From the NCBI GenBank assembly GCA_963833985.1, contig CAWIAD010000002.1, positions 5,344,001 through 5,408,000 on the forward strand: 64,000 nucleotides of DNA. The letters run 5' to 3'. Each line of letters opens with the position of its first letter. The stretch's first letter is position 1. Under the pieces are notes generated by a model. The model had not been told where the DNA came from. It did no database searches and saw nothing but the letters and a program-made list of their open reading frames with translations. Below are positions 9,948-21,090 of the stretch, piece after piece. The DNA comes from an uncultured Planctomycetaceae bacterium (GTDB taxonomy: Bacteria; Planctomycetota; Planctomycetia; Isosphaerales; Isosphaeraceae). The translations under genes were made by a program, and so were the position numbers.

Positions 9948-12450
9948 GTGATCGGTATCGGCACGACACTCAACCAGAGGTTCCTGCTCGAGCGGGAGCT
10001 GGGCCGGGGAGGGATGGGCGCGGTTTACTCGGCCACCGACCAGCTCTTGCAGCGGAGTGTGGCGATCAAGCTGCTGAAGGAGCAAAGCGGCGAGGACGTG
10101 GGCAAACGGCTGCGGCTGGAGGCCCAGATCGCCGCCCGGCTGCTGCACGATAACGTCGTACGGATTTACGACTTCGGACAGGCGGAAGGAACCTGGTACC
10201 TGGTGATGGAGCAGGTCGACGGCACCAGCTATGTCAAGCGCTGGAGGGCGCTGAGCCTGGTGGAGCGTCTCCGCGTGCTGGCCCAGGTGGCCGACGCCCT
10301 GGATTACGCCCACCACCAGGGCGTCATTCATCGCGACATCAAGCCGGGCAACGTGCTCCTGACCGCGGCGGACGTGCCCAAGCTGTCGGACTTCGGCCTG
10401 TCGCTCCTGGCCGAGCAGGCCGACGAGGCCGGGAGCATTCGTGGCACGCCCCATTACATGAGCCCGGAGCAGACCAAGGGGCGGCGGCTCGACTTTCGCA
10501 CTGATCTCTACTCCCTGGGCGTGATGCTCTACGAAAGTGCCGCCGGCGCTGTGCCGTTCACCGGCACGACGGCCGCGGTGATGGCCATGCACGTGGGGAC
10601 CATGCCCCAGCCTCCGCGCAGCCGCAACCCGGGGATTTCGGAGCCGCTGGAAAGCCTGATCCTGGCCCTCCTCTCCAAGAAGCCGGCGGCGCGGCCCGCC
10701 AGCGGCGCCGCGGTGGCGCAGGCGATCCGCGAGGAGATCGAGCGGATCGCCGGCCGCGAACAGGCCCAGGCGCAGAACGTGGCGGCCGAAGGGGCCACCG
10801 CGCCGGAGGCTCTGCCCGAGGCGGTTCCCGCTGGCCCGGACCTGTCCGCCCTGGCCGGCCTGGAACAGGAGGCCGCGAGGTCCGCCGCGGCTTCCCAGGC
10901 AGCCAGCGTCGAGCGCTTGCGGCCCGTGCCGCCGGCTCCCTCCCGTCCGGCGCAGCCGCCAGCCAGCGCGGCCGACCTGGTCGCCTCGCCACTGGTGCAG
11001 AAGATGCTCCGCGTGGTGCTGGCCGAGCCGGTGATGCTCTCGGCCGACGAGCGCTACCTCATGGGCCATTACCTGGCCTACCTGCTGATCGGCTCGCGGC
11101 GCAAGGGGCCATTCCAGCGCCGTACCGTGGATCGCCGCAACGCCGACCGCGCACGCTATCTTCTGGCCATGACCTACGCCCTGGCCTCGGGCCCCACCGA
11201 GGAGGCCGTGCACGAGGCGGCCGGCCTGCTTGACCAGAAGATCGAGGTCCGCCCTGCCCTCTCGCCGGTGGTGGTGGCCAAGTACCTGGCCTGGCGCGAT
11301 ACGCCCCAGCGCCGTCGGCTTTTCCGGCAGACGCGCAAGGCCCTCCGCGAGGCCAGCCAGCATGCCCAGAAGCAGATGACCGACGCCCGCGGCCAGCTCA
11401 ATCCCGGTCTGGTGCCCCAGACGCTCGACGACCTGCGGAAGATCGCCCCGGCCCGGAACGTGGTGGACGACGTGCTGGTGGAGCGCTGGAACCGGCTGGC
11501 CGAGGTCTGGCGCGACCATCCCGACTTCCGCGTGGCCGCCCTCCGCTATGCCTCCAGGGAAGCCTACCGCGACCCGGCCAGCCTGGCACTCTGGCCAGAG
11601 GTCGTCTACCCCTTGATCGAGCTGGCGCGCTGGCAGCGCCGGTTCCGCACCCGGGCCGAAACGCTCTGGGACACGCTGGTGGGCCGCCTTTTCCGCCCGG
11701 GCGACGCCGGCCGAACGCTGGACAGGCTGCTCGCCCGCTCCGTCCCCGCACAGGTGGTCGCGCAGATCGACGACTCGGTGAACCTGCTGGCGAAGAAGCC
11801 TCCCGTCGATGCCGAGGAAGACGCCGATGGCGAACACGAGTCCGCGGCCGATGAGACCGACCGGCTGAGCGCCCGGCTTTCCTCGGCGGCGGTGGACCTT
11901 GACGACCTGGCCCAGGAAGCGAGCAAGGACAAGGACCAGGAGCTGGTCACCCTGGTCGATGCCGACCCCATGCGGTTCCTCCAGGGCCAGCTTCAAGAGG
12001 CTCTGGAAGGAGGCCGTGAACGCCTTGACGGCCCAGGCCCGGCCTGGTGCGCCCGGGGCGAACCGCACTCCCGCACACAAACCGGTCCCCCTGGGCCCGT
12101 ATCGCCTGGTGGTCGTGGCGTCGATCCGCGGCCGTGCGGCCGGGCAGGTCGCCATCCAGGGAATGGCCAACAAGCAGATCGAGCTCACCACACCTTCGTT
12201 CCGCACCACCGGCTCGGCCAGCCGCCCCATCCTGGCCGTCTGGCTCTACCGCGATCACAGCCTGGTGATCTCGCACCTCGACTTCCAGGGCACGGAGCGC
12301 TACGTGCTCTGGCACGCCCCGCTCGCGCACCAGGTGAAGTTCGACGACCCCGCCGACCTGCACCGCGAGCTCGAAAACCTCTCCCTGGAACCCCCCGAGC
12401 ACCTCGACACCGCGCTCACCCGCCGCTTCCGCCCCAGGAATATCGTGTAA
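9948..12450 (+). CDS. Ser/Thr protein kinase with long C-terminal domain (frameshift near 11998)
   Basis: LGRGGMGAVY, AIK, HRDIKPGN, DFG and GTPHYMSPE; C-terminus continues in ORF 11899..12450 (LWKEAVNAL...). Confidence 0.9.
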
Positions 12451-12588
12451 GTTCACGGAAGCACCATGAGACCGGAACCGGATTGACAGGGCGGTTTTTT
12501 TAGCTACTCTGTATTACGCAGTAGAGAGCGGAGTCTGGGTCATTCCTCGGGCTCTGCTCGGTCTTTGCGAGATGGGGAAAGCGTGGAT

Positions 12589-12939
12589 ATGGACCACTGG
12601 GAAACCCAGATGCGCAAGGGGCTGGTGGAACTGGCCGTGCTGGCGACGATTGCGCGCGGGGAGACCTACGGGTACCGGATCGTCGAGCAGCTCCAGCGGC
12701 TGGAGGGCCTGGCGCTCACCGAGAGCACCGTGTATCCGGTACTCACACGGCTGGCTCGCGAGGCGTTCCTGGCGACCCGCACCGAGCCTTCGCCGGCCGG
12801 TCCGGCCCGGCGGTATTATCGCCTCACGGCCCGCGGCGAGCAGCGGTTGCGCCAGATGGCGGAACGCTGGAACAGCGTGGTATGTTCGGTTACAGGATTG
12901 CTCAACTCTCATCACGAAGGAGCGCAAGCATGTCCGTGA
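12589..12939 (+). CDS. PadR family transcriptional regulator
   Basis: QMRKGLVEL, TYGYRI, ESTVYPVLTRL and GPARRYYRLT motifs. Confidence 0.92.
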   Translation: MDHWETQMRKGLVELAVLATIARGETYGYRIVEQLQRLEGLALTESTVYPVLTRLAREAFLATRTEPSPAGPARRYYRLTARGEQRLRQMAERWNSVVCSVTGLLNSHHEGAQACP

Positions 12940-13615
12940 TCACCTCGGTCCAGGTTCCCGAATCGCTGCAAATGCTGATTGACAGCCGGCTCGACACGAT
13001 CGACCGGATGCTGCTGGGTGCATGCCCCGGTCGCAAAGGGTGGAGATCGTCCGCGAGGTCGAGGCCCAGATTTACGAGCTGCTTGGCGAATGCGAGCGCG
13101 GGCGCGAGGGCACAGGAGCAGGCGCAGGCGAGGAGGTGTCGCGCCAGGACGTGCTGTCGGTGCTCGGCCGGCTCGACCCGCCGGAAGCCTACCTGCCGGA
13201 CGAGGCCGGGTTCGAGACCGGGCCGGGCCTAGCAGGGCAAGGGCCTGGGCCTGCCTCCGTCAGGGCGATGGCTGCGCGTCCGGCCGTCTCGCGGAGCGCC
13301 CCGGCGGTCGAGCTGAAACCGAGGGCGGCGAAGGCGAGCGGGATTGTGGGAATCGTGACGCTGGTGTCCTCGTTCCTGCTGGCTCCCCTGCTCATCCTGT
13401 TCGCCTCGGTCTTCAGGACGGATTCCACGGTGGGGGTTCTCATCTTCTGGATTCCCACGGCCGGGTCTGTCTTCGTCGCCGCCATCGTGGCGATCGTCCT
13501 GGCGGCCCAGGCCCGCCTGCGCAACGGCTGGGCGATCACCGGCCTGTGCACGGGCATCGGCGCGCTTCTGGTCTTCAGCGCGAAGTCGCTCTGGCTGCTG
13601 CTGGAGGCCTTGTGA
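12930..13615 (+). CDS. PadR-associated membrane protein (HAAS-like N-terminus; frameshift near 13020)
   Basis: LDTIDRML.../...EIVREVEAQIYELL...LGRLDPPEAY followed by three TM helices; overlaps the PadR stop. Confidence 0.7.
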
Positions 13616-13624
13616 CCCAGTTGC

Positions 13625-13768
13625 CGTGGAACACGATTCCATTCGTGTCATTCCTCTTCTTTCATAGATCCCATGACACGATCGGAATCGTGTTCCACGG
13701 AAAGAGAAACGTGGCATTCTTCCCTCTTTATAGAACACCATGACACGAACGGAATCGTGTCCCACAGG
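13625..13768. repeat. Cluster of 3 GACACGAT-nnnn-ATCGTGTC-CCAC palindromic repeats
   Basis: Copies at ~13625, ~13675 and ~13742; same family recurs elsewhere in the window. Confidence 0.85.
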
Positions 13769-13869
13769 GGAAGAATCACAACACGAGCGAAGTCTTGCCC
13801 CTCATGGGGCAATGCGGCATGATCGGGTTTTGCATCAGGCGAAGACATGACGACCCGCGGAGCAGTTCC

Positions 13870-16143
13870 ATGAGCTCTCTCAACCGCCCGAGCCTGTTCT
13901 GGGTGCCCTTGATCTGGCTCGCGGCGATTCCCTCCGCGGCAGCCCAGCCTTTGCCCGGCACTCAGCCGCTTACCATGACCGGCGATATTGCCGATGCGCT
14001 CGTCTCCGGCGCCGACCGGTTCCTGCTCCGCAAGATCGACGAGTCGGTCGGCCAGCGCGCCCGGCACTGGAAGCGCGACGTCTCGTCGGCCGCGGCCTAC
14101 AACGCCTCGGTCGAGCCCAACCGCAAGCGGCTGGCGCATATCGTGGGGGTGCGTGATCCGCGGGCGGCGGTCGAGGGTTTGCAGCTCGACGTGAAGCGCG
14201 CGCGGGACATGGCGCTGAGCCGCGGGGACAACTTCCAGGTCTTCGCGGTCCGCTGGCCGGCCTTCGGCGACGTCCAGGGCGAGGGCTTGCTGCTGGTGCC
14301 CGACGGGCCCGACAACGCGACCGTCATCGCCATTCCCGATGCGGGACAGTCGCCCGAGCAGCTTGCCGGCATCTCGCCTGGAATCCCCGAGGTATCGCAA
14401 GTGGCTCGCAGGCTGGCCGAGAGCGGCTGCCGGGTGATCGTACCGGCACTCATCGACCGCACCATCGAACCGCGCCACGGCCGCGTCCGGCTGACGGACC
14501 GCGAGTTCCTTTACCGCCCCGCATTCGAGCTCGGCCGGCATATCATCGGCTACGAGGTGCAAAAGGTGCTCGCACTCGTCGACCTGCTGGCAAAGCAGCC
14601 CAACCTGGGCGTCTTCGGGTACGGCGAGGGCGGGGCCATTGCGCTCTACGCCGCGGCCCTCGACACGCGGATCAAGGCCGCCTGCGTCAGCGGCTATTTC
14701 GACGACCGCAATTCTCTCTGGACCCAGCCGATCGACCGCAACGTGTTCGGCTTGCTCGATGAGTTCGGCGATGCCGAGCTGGCCAGCCTGGTGGCGCCTC
14801 GAACGCTGATCATCGAGGCCGCCAGGGGGCCGGAGTTCGTCATCCCGCCCGGTACGGGAGGCGCTCCGGGCCGGCTGACCACGCCCAGGCTGGAAGCGGT
14901 CAAGGCCGAGGTGGACCGCGCCCGCAAGCTCGTGGCCGGTCTTCAGCCGGAAGCGTGGCTCGCGCTGATCAACCGCGAATTCGATGGTCAGGGGCCGTTC
15001 GGAACGACGCTGGCCTTGAGCCGGTTCCTGTCGGCCCTCGATGCCAAGCTGGTGATGCCGGAAAACGCCCAGGTGAAGATCATCGATCGGTCTGATGACC
15101 GCCAGGCCCGCCAGCTCCACGAGCTCGACCGGCACACCCAGCAGCTTCTGGTCGAGAGCCCCTACGTCCGGGCGAAGTTCATGGAGAAGCTCGACACGAA
15201 GACGCCGGAAGCTTACGCGAAGACGGTCGAGCCTTACCGCGAGTTCTTCGCCACCGAGGTCATCGGCCGGTTCGACGACACGCTGTTACCGCCCAATGTC
15301 CGCTCGCGCAGGGTCTACGACGAGCCGAAGTTCACCGGCTACGAGGTCGTGCTCGACGTCTTCCCGGACGTCATCGCCTATGGCATCCTGCTCTTGCCGA
15401 AGGGCATCAAGGACGGCGAGAAGCGGCCGGTGGTGGTTTGCCAGCACGGGCTGGAGGGCCGGCCGCAGGACGTCGCCGACCCGAAGATTCACAACCCGGC
15501 CTACCACCAGTTCGCGGTGCAGCTCGTCGAGCGCGGGTTCATCACGTTCGCACCACAGAACCTCTATCTCTTCGGCGACCGGTTCCGCACCCTCCAGCGC
15601 AAGGCGAACCCGCTGGGCAAGACGCTCTTTTCGATCATCGTCCCGCAGCACCAGCAGATCACCGGCTGGCTGAAGACCCTGCCGCAGGTCGACCCTGAGC
15701 GCATTGCTTTTTACGGCCTCAGCTACGGAGGCAAGTCGGCGATGCGCATCCCGCCCCTGGTGAAGGATTATTGCCTGTCAATCTGCTCGGCGGACTTCAA
15801 CGAATGGGTCTGGAAGAACGCGTCCACGCGCAGTCCGTACAGCTACGTCTGGGGCAACGAGTACGAGATCTTCGAGTTCGACCTGGGCTCGACGTTCAAC
15901 TATGCGGAGATGGCCGCGCTCATCGCCCCCAGGCCGTTCATGGTCGAGCGCGGGCAGTTCGACAGCGTGGCTCCGGACGACATGGTGGCCCACGAGTTCG
16001 CGAAGGTCTTTCACCTCTACAGCGCCCGCCTTGGCCTGGGCGACCGCTGCGCCATCGAGTTCTTCGCCGGCCCGCACACGATCCACGGCCAGGGCACGTT
16101 CCGCTTCCTGCACCGCCACCTGAACTGGCCCGACCCGCGCTGA
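13870..16143 (+). CDS. Secreted tandem alpha/beta hydrolase (dienelactone hydrolase-like)
   Basis: Signal peptide; GYGEGG and GLSYGG nucleophile-elbow motifs; CQHGLEG. Confidence 0.8.
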   Translation: MSSLNRPSLFWVPLIWLAAIPSAAAQPLPGTQPLTMTGDIADALVSGADRFLLRKIDESVGQRARHWKRDVSSAAAYNASVEPNRKRLAHIVGVRDPRAAVEGLQLDVKRARDMALSRGDNFQVFAVRWPAFGDVQGEGLLLVPDGPDNATVIAIPDAGQSPEQLAGISPGIPEVSQVARRLAESGCRVIVPALIDRTIEPRHGRVRLTDREFLYRPAFELGRHIIGYEVQKVLALVDLLAKQPNLGVFGYGEGGAIALYAAALDTRIKAACVSGYFDDRNSLWTQPIDRNVFGLLDEFGDAELASLVAPRTLIIEAARGPEFVIPPGTGGAPGRLTTPRLEAVKAEVDRARKLVAGLQPEAWLALINREFDGQGPFGTTLALSRFLSALDAKLVMPENAQVKIIDRSDDRQARQLHELDRHTQQLLVESPYVRAKFMEKLDTKTPEAYAKTVEPYREFFATEVIGRFDDTLLPPNVRSRRVYDEPKFTGYEVVLDVFPDVIAYGILLLPKGIKDGEKRPVVVCQHGLEGRPQDVADPKIHNPAYHQFAVQLVERGFITFAPQNLYLFGDRFRTLQRKANPLGKTLFSIIVPQHQQITGWLKTLPQVDPERIAFYGLSYGGKSAMRIPPLVKDYCLSICSADFNEWVWKNASTRSPYSYVWGNEYEIFEFDLGSTFNYAEMAALIAPRPFMVERGQFDSVAPDDMVAHEFAKVFHLYSARLGLGDRCAIEFFAGPHTIHGQGTFRFLHRHLNWPDPR

Positions 16144-16161
16144 GCTCCTGCACCTCTGCCT

Positions 16162-16260
16162 CGTGGGACACGATTGGAATCGTGGCCCAAAGGGAGAGAC
16201 CGTCACACGATCGGAATCGAGTTCCACGAACAGCGAGAAGATCGGAATCCTACACCACGT
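16162..16260. repeat. Degenerate copies of the GACACGAT palindromic repeat
   Basis: GTGGGACACGATTGGAATCGTG, CACACGATCGGAATCG and GATCGGAATC between convergent genes. Confidence 0.75.
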
Positions 16261-16267
16261 CGTTTGT

Positions 16268-19141
16268 CTACCGTCGTGTGCCGCGGGGTGGGCGTCGTCG
16301 GGGAGCTCCAGCACCTGGCCGGCGATGAGGCGCGAGGGGTCGTCGATGATGTCGCGGTTCAGTTCCAGGATCTCACTGGCGCGGCGGGCGTCGTCGAGGG
16401 TGTCGCGGGCGATCGTCCGCAATGTGTCGTAGGGGCGGACCTTGTAAACCGGCCGGGCGGCCGTCACACGGGTGTGGACCTCGGGTTGACCGTCCTGGTC
16501 CGGACGGACACGCTCGGCGGGCGCGGAACCGCGGGTGCTCGTCCGCTCGGTCGCGGCGTCGGGGAACGGCAGGTTCAGCTCCACGTCCGACCGGCTGGAG
16601 CGCCGCACCGGCACGCTGTCGCCGGAGCCAGCATCGGAGCCGGCGCGGGTCGTCTCGTGGCGGGCCAGGATCTCGCCTTCAGCCTGAGGTTGAGGCTGAA
16701 GCTGAGCCTGAGGTTGACGCTGACGCTGAGACTGGGTCCTGGCCTGAATGGGCTGAGCGGCCTTGCCGGGCGGGTCGATGAAGGCCGGGTCCAGCTCCTC
16801 GGGCGGAGGAACGCGTACCACCGTGCCCTGGTAGAGCTTGGTGATCTCCGGCACCCTGTCCTCGTTGGCCTTCCACAAGGCGCGATAGTACCGGCCCGAG
16901 TTGTAGTACATACGCGAGATGTCCCAGAAGTTCTCGCGGTTCTCCACCCGGTGGAGCACGGTTTCCAGCTTGCCCGCGCCGCTGGCCGGCCGCTTGCTAC
17001 CGGCGCTGGCCTCCGCGGCCGGTGCACTCTTGCCGCGGCCTGGCGGCGATTCGAGCTCGAAGCTCTGCTCCTTGTCGGCGTGGGCGTTCGGGTCGGTCGT
17101 TCCGGCGAGCGTTCCCTGGCCTTCGCCATCGTCCAGGCCTGGAACCTCGCGCTGCACCTCGTGCACGGCAGAACCGCCGCTGTGATGGATTGGCACCCAG
17201 CCCTGCCGCACCAGCTCCTCGCTGTTCATGGGTCCGGCTGCCGTCGGCGCGGCGTCCCCGGCGGGAATGATGCTGGCCGAGGGCTCCGCGGAGGCTGGCT
17301 CACGGCTCCGCTCCGGCCGTGATGACGACGCTGCCGCAGCCGCAACGGCCGGTGCCAGAACAGCAGCGGAAGCGCCGGCCACAGCAAGAGCCGGGGCCGG
17401 TGACGGATGCGACGCGGGCGCTCCGGATGCCCCGTGATCCAGGGCAGAAGCGGAAGCGAAAGCGGAATCGGCAGCGGGAGCATGTGCCGGTGCGGACGAC
17501 GCCGATACCGAGTCCAGTACCGGGGCAGGAGCAGGCGCCGCGGCGACCAGTGGTGCCGCGGCCGGCCCAGGATCCGGCGCGGGAGCCATGGCCGGCGGCT
17601 CGGCGGGTGCAAGGGCGGACGGGGGAGGAACAGCGGGAGAGGGAGCGGGCTTCGCCTGGGCCACGGGCGTGCCGCGGCCATTCGACGGCGCGGGCTTGTG
17701 CTCTCGCGCGGTGACGGCGGCCGCGGCGCCAAGGGCTGCGCCTGTGCCCAGGGCCGCGCTGCCGGCCACGGCGGCCAAGGTAGCCGCAGCCACCGTCGGG
17801 TTCCCGGCCGCCGAAGCGGGCGCGGGCAGCGGAATGGCTCGGGAGGCCGGGGCCGGCGCAGGGCAGGGGCAGCCGCCGGCACCGGCGCAGGGGCATCGAC
17901 CGGCGGCAGCGGGGTGATCACCGGCGCGGCGCACTGGTAAGCGTTGCGGCGGGTGCAGGGGCGGGCGCGAGGCCAGGAGCCGCGACAGCACCCGGCGGCG
18001 CAGCAGGCGGCTTGTCGGCCGTGGGAAGTTCCAGCAAGGGCGAGAGCGCAGGGGCGGCCGCCGGCACGGGTCCCTGTCCGGCAGCCGCGGCCGGCTCCGG
18101 CAAAAGGCCGATTGCCGGAGCGGAGCCGACCGCAGGCGCCGGCGCGGCAGCCAGCTTCGGGTCTGTCACGGCCCCCGCGCCGTTCCTGGCACCGGAGACC
18201 GGTGGCAGCTCGTCGATGGGCGGCAGCGCGAGGCTGCTGCCGGCGGCCGCCAGCGAGATGGGCTCGCCGGAGGGCACCGGAAGCGCAGGATCGTCAGCCC
18301 TGGCATCCGGGGCCGGGGCAGCCGCAATCACCGGCGCCGGTGGGGCGGCAGACGGAAGCGCTTCGCCGCCGTGAGATCCCCTGTCCTGGCTCGACTGGCC
18401 CGACGAGCCGGAATCGCCGGGCAGAGCCGGCAGGTTCCCATCAGCCAGCAGGGCCGCCGGTGCAGCCGCTTTCGACTTCCTCTCATGCGTTTCCTGCTTC
18501 GCGGACTCCGACTTCGAGGCGGAGGACGCGGGCAAACTGTTGTGGGCCGTTTGCGCGGCTGATGGCGCGGGCCTGGGAGCCGTATCTGGATCTGGAACCG
18601 CAGCCGGGGTCCTGGACTGAGCCCCGGACGTGGAGCCGGAGGCCGAGGCCGAGGTCGACGTGACCGCACCGATCTGGGCGGTTGTGTCGTGCTTCCCCTG
18701 GCCCGGCTTGAGCACGACCACGGACGCCAGGATGGCCAGCGAAAGCCCCGTGGCCAGGGCGCCCCGGGGATAGCGCCGGGCCAGGACATAACCCTGCCGG
18801 GCCGCTCCCCACCCGAGGTCTGCCGCCATGCCCAGCCGCTGAGCCCAGGAAGCGGCCGCGAACCGGGATTTCCCTTTGGCCGCCTTCTCGTGGACGTCAT
18901 CCCCGTCCGGGTCGCCGTGCTCGTTCTCGTCCTCGGGCGCGCCGTCGTCGCCCGTGGAACCGTCGGCGTAGTGGACGGGCAAGGCGAAGCCGGCCAGGGG
19001 CCCGGCCGGGCGCGAAGTCGAGGGCTCAGCCCCGGCCTCTGCCATCGGCATCGGCGCTGGCGTCGGCGCTGGCCCCGGCTGAGGCTCGGGCTCTGGCCTG
19101 GGATCGAATTCGGACGTCACGTTCCAGGCTGGTTCAGACAT
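16268..19141 (-). CDS. Membrane-anchored Pro/Ala-rich protein with two LysM domains (frameshifted)
   Basis: TM helix (ALATGLSLAILASVVVL); LysM motifs HRVENRENFWDISRMYY...LYQGTVVRVP and YKVRPYDTLRTIAR...LIAGQVLELP. Frameshift(s) ~17.85-18.0 kb; 3' end approximate. Confidence 0.75.
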
Positions 19142-19154
19142 CGCTCGGCCACCC

Positions 19155-20021
19155 TCAGTTTGGCGCTGCGCGCCGGGGATTGACGGCCACTTCCGGGGCC
19201 GTCGCGGTCACGGGTTTCCTGGTCAGGACATTCAGCGCGGGCTCGTTGCGAAAGGCCCACTTGACGCGGCGGTCTTCCAGCGAGTGGAAGCTGATGATCG
19301 CGGCCCGGCCGCCAGGAGCCAGGATCCCCGGCAGTTGCCCGAGGATCGCATCAAGGTGGCCCAGCTCGTCATTGACCTTGATTCGCAGAGCCTGGAAGAC
19401 GCGGGTCGCCGGGTCGATCGGCCCGTGCCGGTAGCGGCCGGGCACGCTCTGGCGGACGAGCTCGGCAAGCTGCCGGGTGGTCTCGATCCGCGTGTGCCGC
19501 CGGGCCTCGACGATCCGGCGGGCGATCCGCCTGCTGTACCGCTCTTCCCCGAAGTGAAAGAAGACGTCGGCCAGGGCGTCGGCCGCGAGGCTGTTGACCA
19601 GCTCGGCGGCGGTGGGCCCGGTGGCCAGTGAGCCCGGTTCGGGGCTCGCGTCGAACCGCATGTCGAGCGGCCCGTCCTGAGCGAAGCTGAACCCGCGATC
19701 GGCCCAGGCAAGCTGGTCGGAGGAGAGCCCCAGGTCCAGAAGAACCCCCTGGACCGCCCTGATGCCGCGCTCGTCCAGCACCTCGCGCATCGCGCTGTAG
19801 GGTGAATGGATCAGCGTCACGGGCAGGCCGGCGGTGGCTTCCTGGGCCAGGGCCAGCATGGCCGGGTCGCGGTCCAGTCCGATGACTTGGCCGCTGGGGC
19901 CGACGCGCTCCGCCAGGGCTGCGGCATGCCCCCCGGCGCCGGCGGTCCCATCGACCAGGACTGCCCCGTCTTGCGGCTGCAACCAGTGAGTCACCTCGTC
20001 GAGCAGGACGGGGCGATGCAC
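19155..20021 (-). CDS. rsmH: 16S rRNA m4C1402 methyltransferase (C-terminal frameshift)
   Basis: HRPVLL, DGTAGAGGH, DLGLSSDQL, RGFSF, PLDMR, FHSLEDR; SAKLRVAE continues in another frame. Confidence 0.95.
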   Translation of the reverse strand: MHRPVLLDEVTHWLQPQDGAVLVDGTAGAGGHAAALAERVGPSGQVIGLDRDPAMLALAQEATAGLPVTLIHSPYSAMREVLDERGIRAVQGVLLDLGLSSDQLAWADRGFSFAQDGPLDMRFDASPEPGSLATGPTAAELVNSLAADALADVFFHFGEERYSRRIARRIVEARRHTRIETTRQLAELVRQSVPGRYRHGPIDPATRVFQALRIKVNDELGHLDAILGQLPGILAPGGRAAIISFHSLEDRRVKWAFRNEPALNVLTRKPVTATAPEVAVNPRRAAPN

Positions 20022-20247
20022 GTTTCAACCCGCTTTCGACGGTCGAGAACGCGTCGCGGCCCTGTCCTGTCCTGGGACATGCCGCGACGCCAGATAGGAA
20101 CATCGCGACTCTACCGGAACCGACAAAGCTGTCAAGCTCAGGGAGCCAGCCATCATCATCGATCGGCGCTGGCGGGGGAAAACTTGAGGAGCAGAGATGT
20201 CTGTCTTGCTTGAACGGAGAAGATGACTCCCATCGATCTGGTGGTCT

Positions 20248-21090
20248 TCAGGCTTCGACGAGTCGCTGAAGCTCGCGCCACTCCGGGACCCAGTCGCCGA
20301 TGTCATCCGTCATTCGTTCAATACCGATCAAAACCCTCTCGAGGAAAACCTGGGCACTGGGGAAACCAAGCTCCCTGAGTTTGGCGTCAATCGACAGCAA
20401 TAGATCCTTTCCAGAAAATGCGTAGAGAAACGAAGCGTGGCGCGCGCCTCCTTGTAGGAACTCAGGGAGGAACGACGTGAACTTTTGCTCAACGTCGTCA
20501 CAGTCTATGGTCTGAGATTTTGCATGTCTGTCTACAGTCAGCCGGAGACCGGTCCTGCAACTTGGCTCATCGAGAGAATCCGGGAATGGGTGCCTCTGTC
20601 TTCCGCGTGCCTTGCCGAAGCACGAGGGTAGATCGACAAATCTGACCCGGCTTGAGGCGGGTGTCGTGCGGGCGGCCTGGTACGGACCAAGCCGATCTCG
20701 GGCTTCCTCGAGCATGGTCCTGTAGAGATTGCCTGCCGGCGCCGCATCGCTGCCCAGCAGGCTCAAAGCCGGGATGACCACATCCGGATCCAGAAGATAA
20801 TTCTCGATTTCCTTCCTCTCCCAGCGCCACCCGAAGTGAATTCGCCCGTCTGAGTTGGTCCACGCTCTGGGGTGGTCCGTCGGCTGCTGCCACGGTTCGA
20901 CGAAGTCCCCGTCGAGCAGCCCAAAGACGGTCTGCCGGCCCAGCGCTTCGCGGCGGGCAATGACCTTGCTGCCCATGCTGTACTTTCCACCCTGGGGCAG
21001 AACCAGGCATCGGCCGGCGAGCAGCTTCGTGAACACTCGCACATCCGGGCTGTTCGGACCTCCCTCACAGAGAAGCAAGTCTACAGGCAC
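20248..21090 (-). CDS. TOPRIM/DUF4435-like protein
   Basis: LLCEG..D, LDGDF and RKEIENYLL motifs; overlaps the upstream ATPase stop. Confidence 0.65.
   Translation of the reverse strand: MPVDLLLCEGGPNSPDVRVFTKLLAGRCLVLPQGGKYSMGSKVIARREALGRQTVFGLLDGDFVEPWQQPTDHPRAWTNSDGRIHFGWRWERKEIENYLLDPDVVIPALSLLGSDAAPAGNLYRTMLEEARDRLGPYQAARTTPASSRVRFVDLPSCFGKARGRQRHPFPDSLDEPSCRTGLRLTVDRHAKSQTIDCDDVEQKFTSFLPEFLQGGARHASFLYAFSGKDLLLSIDAKLRELGFPSAQVFLERVLIGIERMTDDIGDWVPEWRELQRLVEA

Noticed and set aside
9867..12230. Long antisense ORFs (also 13648-15135, 31118-32599, 35986-37230, 59381-60835)
   Set aside because: Typical shadow ORFs of high-GC coding sequence, with no motifs.
13625..13768. Repeat clusters as a CRISPR array
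   Set aside because: Copies are degenerate, in mixed orientation, irregularly spaced and dispersed; no cas genes are present.
15778..16267. LysM ORF extension antisense to the hydrolase 3' end
   Set aside because: It runs through the intergenic repeat cluster and loses protein-like character; probably a missed stop caused by an indel near 16280.
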